Positions 17,235 to 26,554 of a DNA stretch of 64,000 nt are shown here, one piece after another (within the stretch, counting starts at the first letter, position 1; each line of letters starts with the position of its first letter). Where the stretch lies: positions 49,678-113,677 of the IMG/VR virus record IMGVR_UViG_3300024239_000016; one strand, written 5' to 3'. The DNA comes from a virus. The position numbers and the translations under genes are program-made. Under the pieces are notes generated by a model. That model was given only the letters and a program-made list of their open reading frames with translations. It did no database searches and had not been told where the DNA came from.

Positions 17235-18080
17235 ATGGGAAAAGAAGCTAATGTGACTAAGCCACTAGCTGTTATAATTAAAGGTAACCCAAAGTACCTT
17301 GATAAGAAAGAAATCAAACCAATCGCCGATGAATTTTACAAGACAGTAAAAAATCTTCTTGAAGAACAAGGCTTCCATGTAACCTTTGACAGTGGCGAGG
17401 ATTTCACCAAACCGGATATTGCTGCCAAGGTATGGGTAGCGCATTCGCGTGGAATTGGAAGATTACAATATGCACCGGATCATATCAAAACCGTAGCTTT
17501 AGATACCAAAAATGGAAAAGATGGCACTGACCCAAAGCATTATCAGCTTTCTTCTAAGGATATAAAAAACCTCAATAGTTTAAAAGAAGAACCCTCGTCC
17601 GGTACGGTGCCATTGACATTAAATCTTCTCGACGAATACATCAAGTTCAGGCAACAATCGCATAAAGAGAGCGATTATGTGAACGCTCTCTCGAAAAATG
17701 ATGCTGTGAAACAAATCAGTGAGCAAAACAAGGACAACAAAACAGCTCTAGTTGCTCTGAAGGACGGAGAAATTGTCGGTCAGCTATTTGTTACTGCGCC
17801 GACTAAAAAACGCAATATAGCGATCATCAATCTGATCTCGGTTCTAGAATCTGAGCAAGGAACCGGATTAGCGCATCGTTTGATGAAGAAAGCTATCTGG
17901 ATCGCGGAAGACGCTGATTGCGACAAACTTCAGCTGATTGTCAATAATAAAAATGAAAAGGCAATCAAGTTTTACAAAAAACACAATTTCAAGCCAATTA
18001 ACAATTACTCAACTCGCGCCACTACTTATGAACTCGATCTTCCTTATGATCGAGACTTAGGCGATCACGAATACAGATAA
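17235..18080 (+). CDS. fusion of an alpha/beta-hydrolase-like N-terminal domain and a GNAT acetyltransferase
   Basis: VWVAHSRG elbow; acetyl-CoA motif EQGTGLA and N..AIKFYKKHNF. Confidence 0.7.
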   Translation: MGKEANVTKPLAVIIKGNPKYLDKKEIKPIADEFYKTVKNLLEEQGFHVTFDSGEDFTKPDIAAKVWVAHSRGIGRLQYAPDHIKTVALDTKNGKDGTDPKHYQLSSKDIKNLNSLKEEPSSGTVPLTLNLLDEYIKFRQQSHKESDYVNALSKNDAVKQISEQNKDNKTALVALKDGEIVGQLFVTAPTKKRNIAIINLISVLESEQGTGLAHRLMKKAIWIAEDADCDKLQLIVNNKNEKAIKFYKKHNFKPINNYSTRATTYELDLPYDRDLGDHEYR

Positions 18081-18083
18081 GCT

Positions 18084-18398
18084 ATGAAAAACGCACAGAA
18101 AATACACACGACAACAGCTGAAGAAATAAAAGCAGCTGTAATAGCGGCAGGGGTAAGTTCAACCAAATTAAGGGAATGTAGCATCTGTGGAACGAAGTTA
18201 TTTTATTCGTTTGATCAAGAAGTAATTAGAAACTCCGATGAGAAGGGAGTCTTCTTCACATCAGAATGTGAGTGCACTTCTTTCGGAGTTGCTCCGCAGC
18301 CAAGAACGTGGGAAGATATCGCGTTTTTGATTAATTTACAAATCACCACCGAGAACTACAATAAGGCTCGCCAACTCTTTTTCTTAGATCCAATCTAA
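18084..18398 (+). CDS. hypothetical Cys-rich protein
   Basis: CSICG...CEC. Confidence 0.6.
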   Translation: MKNAQKIHTTTAEEIKAAVIAAGVSSTKLRECSICGTKLFYSFDQEVIRNSDEKGVFFTSECECTSFGVAPQPRTWEDIAFLINLQITTENYNKARQLFFLDPI

Positions 18399-18476
18399 AC
18401 TCACCATCATGAAAATCAAATTCTATCAAAACTACGACTCGGATTAAATATTTTAATTAATCCGGGGAGTATCCAG

Positions 18477-18851
18477 ATGTCCAGAACCGTTCGTAGGAAG
18501 AACTTGGCTTATTTGTACAATCGTTATGTCGAAAACATCGATTGCATTTATGTTATCGGTAACGTTATTTACATTAAGCGCGACTGGCGGTTTGAGCTGT
18601 GTGAGGTCATGAAGCTCAATCGCATCAACATGTCCGATCCGGATGCCTACGTCGCGTGCGAGCGCGCTCGCTTTCATTCGGACGCCAGGCGTATCAGCAG
18701 TCGCGAAAAGCCCAATAAATTTGGTCGCAAATACCTGCAACGCAGTTATCGTAACTATGTCAAAAATGCTATTCGCAATGCCGTTAAAACTGATCTGGAG
18801 AACTATCCTGTCATTCCGCGACGCTACATCTGCGCTGGCTACTTTGACTGA
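18477..18851 (+). CDS. small basic protein (MSRTVRRK type)
   Basis: GGGGAG RBS; Arg-rich. Confidence 0.65.
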   Translation: MSRTVRRKNLAYLYNRYVENIDCIYVIGNVIYIKRDWRFELCEVMKLNRINMSDPDAYVACERARFHSDARRISSREKPNKFGRKYLQRSYRNYVKNAIRNAVKTDLENYPVIPRRYICAGYFD

Positions 18852-18886
18852 CAGTAAAGGAAATGTGTTTAAGATTTTTTTGAACA

Positions 18887-18894
18887 TATATTTC
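18887..18894 (+). promoter_or_regulatory. early promoter-like motif TATATTTC
   Basis: one mismatch to TATATTAC, preceded by a T-tract like the other copies. Confidence 0.4.
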
Positions 18895-18899
18895 TATTA

Positions 18900-19595
18900 T
18901 GAGTTCGGCCAAGTTTCATAGTCTGAATTCATTCCCGGTACTAACTTACCGTGAGATCGTAACGATCGGGTTGGAGTCGTATAATCGAGCACCTGTACCG
19001 CGCCGGGGAATCCTCTCGAGGATATACTCGCCGCATCGACATAATCGGCGCCTTGTAGTATTGGCCCCGACAGTCTGAGAAACACATCCGCGTAACTTCG
19101 GGTGGAGTTTACTTTACGTGGTTTTTTACTCGATGAATGCTTGTAGAATTGATGCGTTGTAAAGGACAAATCTTTTTAAACGATTACAAGCTCGACGGAG
19201 TCGGTTGCCCTACACTGACTCCGAGACAATAGATGCAGTAGGGATGGCTAGTTTCGCTAGGTCTGATTAAGGCGAGCGAAAGGTGGAGTGCAGATTTTTA
19301 GCAGATAGGTGTCGCGACCGACCCGTTAAATTTTTGCGCGTAGAAGCCCATAGTCAGCACCGCCGCCATCCGGGTGATGGCAAAAGTTAGATTGCAATTT
19401 TATCGAAAACACGCTCGTAGGCTGACATCACGTCGATCTGCTCTGCGTCGGTGTAAACAGCCGTGCAATCAGTTAGTAGCTCGCGATAGCTACCGTCTGG
19501 GTCGTGTGTGGAAACACGATCCTTTCGATAGTTCTTGCGTAAGGGGTACATCCCCTGTTTTACACACCTCCCTTCGGGGAGGTGTGTATTTTTTT
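18900..19595 (+). ncRNA. putative large structured ncRNA of about 700 nt
   Basis: promoter-to-terminator unit with no credible ORF; many stems and a candidate pseudoknot CCCTAC/GTAGGG. Confidence 0.55.
19561..19595 (+). terminator. rho-independent terminator
   Basis: TACACACCTCCC-TTCG-GGGAGGTGTGTA plus T-tract. Confidence 0.8.
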
Positions 19596-19620
19596 ATGCT
19601 GTTTAATTTAAGGAGACAAA

Positions 19621-19887
19621 ATGAGCAGCGACAATGTAGATGACGATTTAAATAGTCGTCGTATGGCTAAACAGTTACTAGCGATGGAATTAGCTAGTCA
19701 TTTTCACCAGCAGGCCATACGACTGCGTGCAAAATCCATGCATGCAAAAGCAATAGCGGATATGCCTGAAGGGGCAATTGATGCGGATGAGCTGTCCGAA
19801 GTTGTCCGTATGGCCGGTAACTATGCTGCGTCCACTATAACTCTCGGTATGGATATCTACATTGATCCAACTGGTGAGTCATTGTGA
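19621..19887 (+). CDS. hypothetical protein
   Basis: AAGGAG RBS. Confidence 0.65.
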   Translation: MSSDNVDDDLNSRRMAKQLLAMELASHFHQQAIRLRAKSMHAKAIADMPEGAIDADELSEVVRMAGNYAASTITLGMDIYIDPTGESL

Positions 19888-20013
19888 AAACGGTTTTCTT
19901 TATCCTGGTATCCGGAGCCGCATGGCTCTGGATATTTTCAAAAATTGAACCTATGTGGTTAGCTGTCTTGCGAGCAGCCTACATAGGTTATTCTTTTATA
20001 TAGGAGTTTAGCT

Positions 20014-20247
20014 GTGCCTTATGGAATCGATCAGCTGCGTGTACCAACCACCAAGTCCGAGCGAGAGGACAAAAAGTACGACATGAACGACGTAATGCGA
20101 GCGGCGCGCCTCCGTATGGAAGGCAATGGCATTTGCATAAACGCCATCAGTCGCCGTCGCCTAAACAAAAATTCGCGATTTACCATGATTGAGTTGAATC
20201 AAATAGTTGACGAAGTTGTCGACGATTCCAACTTCTACAACCAATGA
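20014..20247 (+). CDS. hypothetical protein
   Basis: AGGAG RBS, GTG start. Confidence 0.6.
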   Translation: MPYGIDQLRVPTTKSEREDKKYDMNDVMRAARLRMEGNGICINAISRRRLNKNSRFTMIELNQIVDEVVDDSNFYNQ

Positions 20248-20256
20248 GGAAATGCC

Positions 20257-21048
20257 ATGAAATTCAGCTACGCGCACTTTCCGAAGGGAACAGTGTTTGA
20301 GATCGGTGAGCTCGCTACCAGATTAACGGATAGTCAGACGCAACACGAGGTGGAGAGTTTATATTCGGTTTATCCTGGCACATATGTGATCAATACAACC
20401 AGCTTTATTGAACGGGAATACCCGATCTACAATGACGATAACACACCGTCTGGCGAGACTCGAAAAGAGCGCACTCAGGTATGCCTGAATATCGATCACG
20501 TTACAAAAATAATCAAACGTGGTGCTGGCAGTGTTGTATTTGAGGCAGAACCTGAGCCTCTAGCCAAATGGTCTATTCCCGTCAGTAAGCCCTCGAGAAG
20601 CAGCTATATCGGCTATGAAAACGTTTGTCCTTTCAGTGATGTAATTCTATCATTAGTCGAGAAGCAGTTACATACCAAGCACGATTCCTGGGTTGATATG
20701 AATCGATTGACCTTGTATGTACTCGCTCATGGTGCGATCAGACGGAAGGCTAACGGCATAAATGATCCTTTTACGGGTGACCAAATGGCCATTCGCAAAA
20801 GGAAATTGAAAAGCATAATTCGCCGAAATCTTAATCGATTTTTAATCCCGATAAGAGAAGCTGAAGCCGAATATTTGCGAGAAAGAGATAACGACTATGC
20901 CCGTGATGATCTTTTCTGGTTTCAGCATGATGTAGTCGATGAAGTTGATCAGGACGACTCAGCTGATGATGGACTGTTCGGTCATGCTCTGGATGAAAGA
21001 TTCGCTCTCTCTAGCGATGATCTCCATGAGGATGAACGTAAAATCTAA
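20257..21048 (+). CDS. hypothetical protein with acidic C-terminus
   Basis: GAGGA RBS; 263 aa. Confidence 0.7.
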   Translation: MKFSYAHFPKGTVFEIGELATRLTDSQTQHEVESLYSVYPGTYVINTTSFIEREYPIYNDDNTPSGETRKERTQVCLNIDHVTKIIKRGAGSVVFEAEPEPLAKWSIPVSKPSRSSYIGYENVCPFSDVILSLVEKQLHTKHDSWVDMNRLTLYVLAHGAIRRKANGINDPFTGDQMAIRKRKLKSIIRRNLNRFLIPIREAEAEYLRERDNDYARDDLFWFQHDVVDEVDQDDSADDGLFGHALDERFALSSDDLHEDERKI

Positions 21049-21085
21049 TTAGTTAAGCCAGAGATGCCCGTGTATTGTCTAGTCT

Positions 21086-21118
21086 AAAAATAGCCCCATT
21101 TGGGGCTATTTTTTTTTT
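21086..21118 (+). terminator. rho-independent terminator (possibly bidirectional)
   Basis: AAAAATAGCCCCA-TT-TGGGGCTATTTTT. Confidence 0.75.
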
Positions 21119-21196
21119 ATGTGTCGGCCCCATTGCAAATCTGATGACATGTTTATAAACTTTTTTCTTCCCAATAAATATACAGGAGATTAGCTC

Positions 21197-21550
21197 ATGA
21201 GCGGCGATCTGCTTACCGAAATTCGTGATGTTTTGCAAAACATCGGTATCGATATCCACACGATCTCATCTGCACTAATGCAAGTTCGAGAATTTGGTGA
21301 AGACTTAATGAGCGTTGAACGTAGCGATCGCGATGAGAATGATGTTTTTCGCATTGTGAAACACTTCCGCGATGATGGGACTCTCTATCGCAAATCGACG
21401 CTATCAGGCGGTACATCGCCAGAATACACGTCGTATGTCATTGAGTACTATGATGCAACAGGATTGACTGTTGTACAAACTCGAGCATACACCATGACGT
21501 ACAGCAATGGCGAGATGGTTTCTCGCACCTACGTGCCACCGCAGCCATAA
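21197..21550 (+). CDS. small putative virion protein, paralogue of 48319-48639
   Basis: AGGAG RBS; heads the fibre cassette. Confidence 0.6.
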   Translation: MSGDLLTEIRDVLQNIGIDIHTISSALMQVREFGEDLMSVERSDRDENDVFRIVKHFRDDGTLYRKSTLSGGTSPEYTSYVIEYYDATGLTVVQTRAYTMTYSNGEMVSRTYVPPQP

Positions 21551-21562
21551 AGGAAACACAAA

Positions 21563-22855
21563 ATGCTGCAAGATTTCAGACACGGTACAGCAGTCTCCAA
21601 GAGACATATGTCAGCTCATCTAACCACTTATTTGAAGTTAGATGAAATTGGTCAGACAATACCGCCAGTGGTTGATGGTCTAATTCCAACTGAATTCATT
21701 CCGACACCAGCTGGTACTACTGCGTTTACTATTTTAGATAAACAGAAGCTAGATGGTATCCAGGCCGAAGCTCAAAAGAACGTCGCCACTAATCTGTCAC
21801 TAGGTGGTACGGACGATGTAGTCCATGTACAGAGTAGCACTGGTAATTTTGTTACTCTTCCAATAGTCTCGAATTTGCGCGCTGGTCTCATGACCAGATC
21901 TATGTTTGAGAAACTAGTTGGCATTGAGGAGGGTGCTCAGAAGTGGCGATTGCCGACACTTACCGAACTCAATCTAGATCAGGTGGACAACACACCAGAT
22001 TCGAATAAGCCAGTTAGCGTATCGCAGCAAGCGGCGTTAGATCTCAAAGAACCATCGATCACTGCTGGTACAATTGCCCAGTATTTTTCAGGTACTAAGA
22101 CATGGCGTAACCTTGCCGCAGATGTCCGTAATGTAGTTCTCACTGGACTATCGGCAGGTGTGGCTAGCGCGATTATAGCTACTGATACATTGCTGGAAGC
22201 TTTGGCTAAGTTGCAAAAACAGCTAGATGCAAAAGAGAACGCACTAAGCCCAGGTAACGCCACGCAATATTTCAAAGGGGATAAAACCCTGGGTAGTTTT
22301 GTAGATGATGTAAAAACTGCAGCAATTCAATCTGTCCTGACAGGTATCTCGTTCATTTCCGGAACAGCTGTAGTTGAAACAGATTCCATTCTGGTAGCTA
22401 TTGGAAAGCTACAGAACAGAATCAATCATTTCACGACTGTCACCAATGCCCTAATGGCCGAGCTGATCAACAAAGCGTCACTGGCGCAGGCCAATGATTT
22501 TCAGCAAAAGATGTCAGTAGCCGGTACACTGACCGTTTACGCTGGAGCGTTCACTCCGTCTGTACCTTTGCAGTTCAGTGCGGCTGGGATAAATATTGAC
22601 CCTGCGGCATCAAACTCATTTGAGGTGGGTACGCTCACTGCCAATACATCTCTTGTAATAGACTCAGGCGTCACTGGCCAAACCATCCAAATTCGGTTTC
22701 AGCAGGATGGAATCGGCAATAGGACTGTATCGTTGCCGGCTGACGTAAAAGCATCAGGTACTTTGTTAGCGACAGCAAATAGAGCCAGCTGGTTGTGTGT
22801 TACTAAAGCAGCCAATGGTAATTGGGAAGGAAACTGGTTCCAGGTACCTTCCTGA
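21563..22855 (+). CDS. tail fibre protein
   Basis: fibre motifs LDQVDNTPDSNKPVS and KLDGI; duplicated TDTLLEALAKLQ/TDSILVAIGKLQ repeats. Confidence 0.75.
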   Translation: MLQDFRHGTAVSKRHMSAHLTTYLKLDEIGQTIPPVVDGLIPTEFIPTPAGTTAFTILDKQKLDGIQAEAQKNVATNLSLGGTDDVVHVQSSTGNFVTLPIVSNLRAGLMTRSMFEKLVGIEEGAQKWRLPTLTELNLDQVDNTPDSNKPVSVSQQAALDLKEPSITAGTIAQYFSGTKTWRNLAADVRNVVLTGLSAGVASAIIATDTLLEALAKLQKQLDAKENALSPGNATQYFKGDKTLGSFVDDVKTAAIQSVLTGISFISGTAVVETDSILVAIGKLQNRINHFTTVTNALMAELINKASLAQANDFQQKMSVAGTLTVYAGAFTPSVPLQFSAAGINIDPAASNSFEVGTLTANTSLVIDSGVTGQTIQIRFQQDGIGNRTVSLPADVKASGTLLATANRASWLCVTKAANGNWEGNWFQVPS

Positions 22856-22918
22856 AAATCTAATGATTTTATACATCCAGGGCAGTGCCCTGGATGTATT
22901 GTTTCGGAGATATAAATC

Positions 22919-23902
22919 ATGAGTTTTGCAGTAAGATCTTTATTCGGAATGGCAGATAGCGGACCGGTATATCCACCAAACAAATATATAGCGAAGATAA
23001 TTCCGGACGCTCCGATCGATACAAATCGAAAGGTGACGTTAAGTTTTATTAGCGTTGGAGAAAAGTTAATTGACTGGGGCGACGGTCAGACCTCAATTGC
23101 TCCTTCAGGATCAGTTAATGTATCGCATTCGTATGCGCAATCTTCGAATGAGCTCACTCTGACCATAGAAGGCGGAACAATATCCGCTATAGTTTTTCAG
23201 GGTACCGAAGCACTTCGATCAGTGGAGTCATACGGAAATTACCAATTATCTCAGCACCTCTTCACATCATCTAGAAAACTCATACGAGTGCCAGTACCTC
23301 CCGCATCATTTAGATCGATGTTAAACATGTTTAACTCGTGTAGCGAATTTAATCAAGATATTGGTGACTGGGATACCTCGCTCATAACTAACATGCGAGG
23401 TATGTTCTCTGGAGCATCTGCATTTAACCAGGATATAGGTGGCTGGAATACCGGATCAGTTACTACGATGGAGAGCATGTTTCAAAATGCAATCTCTTTC
23501 AATCAGGATCTAAGTATGTGGGATGTGAGATTGATACCCCAGGCAGCGCCGGCGTTTGATCTGAACACACCGGCCTGGAATAAGCTAAATCGCCAGCCGA
23601 TTTGGGGAACGGCCGGCAATCAACCAATTGAATTAGATTGGATAAATCGAGATCCAGCCAGCGGTGAACATTACCAAATAAACGTATCGCATTGGGCGGA
23701 AAATCGTCCAATATTATCGGAATACAATAATTACTCTGTTCTATGGAATGGCACTACAATCTATACCCAGAATACACCAAATCAACTACCTCCTGATTAC
23801 GTAGATGTAGGAGGGTATCGATACTTTAAAGGAACGTATCGAGAAGGTGATCCTGGCTTTGGTGCGTATTTTCACGGAATCTATAGAGTACCAATTGTCT
23901 AA
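22919..23902 (+). CDS. BspA/DUF285-repeat protein with PKD-like N-terminus
   Basis: IDWGDG; tandem FNQDIGDWDTS..TNM..MF repeats. Confidence 0.8.
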   Translation: MSFAVRSLFGMADSGPVYPPNKYIAKIIPDAPIDTNRKVTLSFISVGEKLIDWGDGQTSIAPSGSVNVSHSYAQSSNELTLTIEGGTISAIVFQGTEALRSVESYGNYQLSQHLFTSSRKLIRVPVPPASFRSMLNMFNSCSEFNQDIGDWDTSLITNMRGMFSGASAFNQDIGGWNTGSVTTMESMFQNAISFNQDLSMWDVRLIPQAAPAFDLNTPAWNKLNRQPIWGTAGNQPIELDWINRDPASGEHYQINVSHWAENRPILSEYNNYSVLWNGTTIYTQNTPNQLPPDYVDVGGYRYFKGTYREGDPGFGAYFHGIYRVPIV

Positions 23903-23935
23903 AGTTTCTTTTTAACTTAATCAGGGATATGTAAA

Positions 23936-25063
23936 ATGGCTGGTTTCTTAGAGCTGCATAATTTACGGAGGGTGATCGCTAATCCCAATATTCAAAGACC
24001 GTGGGTGCGATCCCCTCTTTACTTACATTTACCAGAGATTCAAGCGCAAGACCAGCGATTCGTTGGTCTATACGCTATTTTTCCAACAAATAGCTATCTT
24101 GCCTTCAGATGCCACGGCAACTATGTCGTCGATTGGGGCGATGGTCAGATTCAATCATTTTGGGGCGGTCAGGCTGCTGAGCATTTTTATAATTTCAGCA
24201 GCATACCGACATCTACAATTGAAGATCGGGGTTTCAAACAAGTCATTGTTCAAATCTACCCTCAGTCAAATCAGAATCTTACATCTATTGATTTGAATGT
24301 CAAGCACAGCTCAGCAACTGGTCCAGCCTCTTTAATGACCGGATGGACTGATATCGAAGTCAATGCTCCTCAGCTGACTTCTCTGCAGATTGGTGGTAGT
24401 TGGTCGGCTATTCAGCATAGATTGCTCGAGCAATTTGCACTCACTAGTTCTAAACTAGCCGATTTTAGTTACTTCTTTAATCAGTGTTCAGCTCTGAGAA
24501 AAGTAGTAGCTCTAGAAACATCAGTGTCAATCACGACAATTGAAGGCATGTATCGTAATTGTCACTCCCTTGATGAAATTGTTACGATGGATGGGGCCAA
24601 CGTATCTAGTTTCAGATACCTATTTGAGAATTGCTATAAACTCAGAAAGTTACCGGAGTTAAATTACAGCAATGTAACAAACATGAGCTACATGTGTGCA
24701 GGCTGCGTATCGCTCGAATCGACTCCAGTTATCCCATCAGCTAAAGCCACTAATGCTGCTTATATGTTCAGCGGTTGCGCTAACTTAAATCAGATCACAG
24801 ACATCAATATGTCTAAAGTCACAAGTGCCGGATCGATGTTTGCCGACTGCGTGTCGCTCAAAAAGGCCATTCTGAGCGGCGCTAAAACTGACCTAGATCT
24901 AAGCGATGCTAAGCTGTCTATCATCGATCTACTTGCTCTCTTCGGTAGTCTTGGGTCTACCAGTAACAAGATTATTAACGTCTCAGGTAGTTGGGGGTCA
25001 GCGGCCCTAACAGCAGCTCAACGTAACATAGCTCTGAATAAGGGCTGGACAATCATTGGTTAA
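23936..25063 (+). CDS. BspA-like leucine-rich-repeat protein, putative adhesin
   Basis: VDWGDG; repeated MF.gC.sL motifs; C-terminal IALNKGWTI. Confidence 0.75.
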   Translation: MAGFLELHNLRRVIANPNIQRPWVRSPLYLHLPEIQAQDQRFVGLYAIFPTNSYLAFRCHGNYVVDWGDGQIQSFWGGQAAEHFYNFSSIPTSTIEDRGFKQVIVQIYPQSNQNLTSIDLNVKHSSATGPASLMTGWTDIEVNAPQLTSLQIGGSWSAIQHRLLEQFALTSSKLADFSYFFNQCSALRKVVALETSVSITTIEGMYRNCHSLDEIVTMDGANVSSFRYLFENCYKLRKLPELNYSNVTNMSYMCAGCVSLESTPVIPSAKATNAAYMFSGCANLNQITDINMSKVTSAGSMFADCVSLKKAILSGAKTDLDLSDAKLSIIDLLALFGSLGSTSNKIINVSGSWGSAALTAAQRNIALNKGWTIIG

Positions 25064-25072
25064 GGAAACAAC

Positions 25073-25504
25073 ATGGCTTTCTATAAAAAGTTAGATACCG
25101 GAGAAATCGCAAGTGCTGGATTATTCGTTTACGGTATTAATTACACGCTCACTGCTGACAATTTAGCTAATCTCAATTTACCAATCGACGGATGGCATTG
25201 GTTTGAAACTCGGACTGAGGCCGAGACTAAGCTCAATCGTGTCACCAGACTCATGAAGAGTCAGGCTAAGTTAGCTTTAGCTGCGACTCCGTCAGCCCAG
25301 TACCCTGGCAAGAGTTTGTACGATCTGATCGAGATCTACATGTCTCAGCCAACAACTCCAGCCCAGCACAAAATCGCTTGGTACGATACACAGATATTCG
25401 AAAGGGATTCGCCGTCTCTTCTCCTTATCGCGCAGATGTTCCAACTGACTGATGAACAAATAGATGAACTATTTGCTCTCGGTGCGACGTTTGAAACTTT
25501 CTAA
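25073..25504 (+). CDS. putative fibre-associated protein
   Basis: C-terminal FERDSP...LTDEQIDELF motif common next to fibre genes. Confidence 0.55.
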   Translation: MAFYKKLDTGEIASAGLFVYGINYTLTADNLANLNLPIDGWHWFETRTEAETKLNRVTRLMKSQAKLALAATPSAQYPGKSLYDLIEIYMSQPTTPAQHKIAWYDTQIFERDSPSLLLIAQMFQLTDEQIDELFALGATFETF

Positions 25505-25557
25505 AATATACATACCAGGCCAATGGGCCTGGTATGTATTTAAATTTATTGTACTTA

Positions 25558-25565
25558 CATATTAC
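25558..25565 (+). promoter_or_regulatory. early promoter motif CATATTAC
   Basis: recurrent motif directly after a stem-loop. Confidence 0.55.
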
Positions 25566-25624
25566 GACCATGAGAGCAATGTATTCTCTCATATTCTTTT
25601 AATTTCTCTAGGAAACTAGCCGTC

Positions 25625-26095
25625 ATGGAAACAGTACCAGAAGTAGAAGAAGTTCCAAAAGTAGCAAAACCGATGCCGTGGGACTGGATGGACCTGACAG
25701 AAAATGCTCTTAATCGAGCATTGACTGGATTCAATCTTTCCTGTCAAAAGAAAATCAGCGCGCCGTTCGAATCGGTCGAAGAAGAAAAATTCTATTACTA
25801 TCTCCTCGGCCGCAACAGCGTCCAATCGTGGGATTTGCGCAAACCCTACATCATCACCTCTGGGCTACTGACTGATCAGACTCTGGCTTCAAGTCCAGCC
25901 CAGCATCGGCGTGTACCCGATGCAAGGAAGGAAGCAGAGCGTCTTTCCAAGAAGCACAAAGACACTCCCTTCTATATCTGGGGTGCAGTCGGTGCGTATG
26001 TCAATGGCCAAGCCGTGCAGTTCTCACCAGCACTACATCAGTTCCAGCTTCAATCAACGACCAACCAGGACGATGACAATGAGACCAATCTTTGA
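25625..26095 (+). CDS. hypothetical protein
   Basis: AGGA RBS; 156 aa. Confidence 0.65.
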   Translation: METVPEVEEVPKVAKPMPWDWMDLTENALNRALTGFNLSCQKKISAPFESVEEEKFYYYLLGRNSVQSWDLRKPYIITSGLLTDQTLASSPAQHRRVPDARKEAERLSKKHKDTPFYIWGAVGAYVNGQAVQFSPALHQFQLQSTTNQDDDNETNL

Positions 26096-26492
26096 ACGCA
26101 TTGTGGGCGCTGAAAATAATACCAGCAGCTCTTACAACCGCAATACACCTGAACGCATTTCTACGCCAGCATCGCGACCACTGCCGGATGAAGCAACAGT
26201 CTGGCAATTTGTGGCCATCGGTAAGCCGAACATCGCTATGACGCTACCTGAGCTGAAGGAATCCACCATTCGCAATACAGCGATCAAGTACGCCACCAAG
26301 CTCATGGAAAACATGTTTGTCGGCCAGAACAACAAAGATGTTTGCGTTGTGGCTTATGCTCGTGTGGGCCTGGCAATTTGGCGAGAGCAGTTTCATATCG
26401 GCTACAATCACGAACTGAATCGTATTGAAGTTGTTCCGTACACCATTCCGGGCGTCTTCAAAGAAGCAATCAAAATGCTTCGGGTTTATTAA
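26079..26492 (+). CDS. hypothetical protein, paralogue of 26555-26887
   Basis: ATG at 26073/26079 after AGGA; shared WQFV...WR motifs. Confidence 0.6.
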   Translation: MRPIFERIVGAENNTSSSYNRNTPERISTPASRPLPDEATVWQFVAIGKPNIAMTLPELKESTIRNTAIKYATKLMENMFVGQNNKDVCVVAYARVGLAIWREQFHIGYNHELNRIEVVPYTIPGVFKEAIKMLRVY

Positions 26493-26554
26493 ACTCCAGC
26501 ATATATGCCCGGCAATGCCGGGCATATATGCTTAACGACAGAAGGTAGATACCC

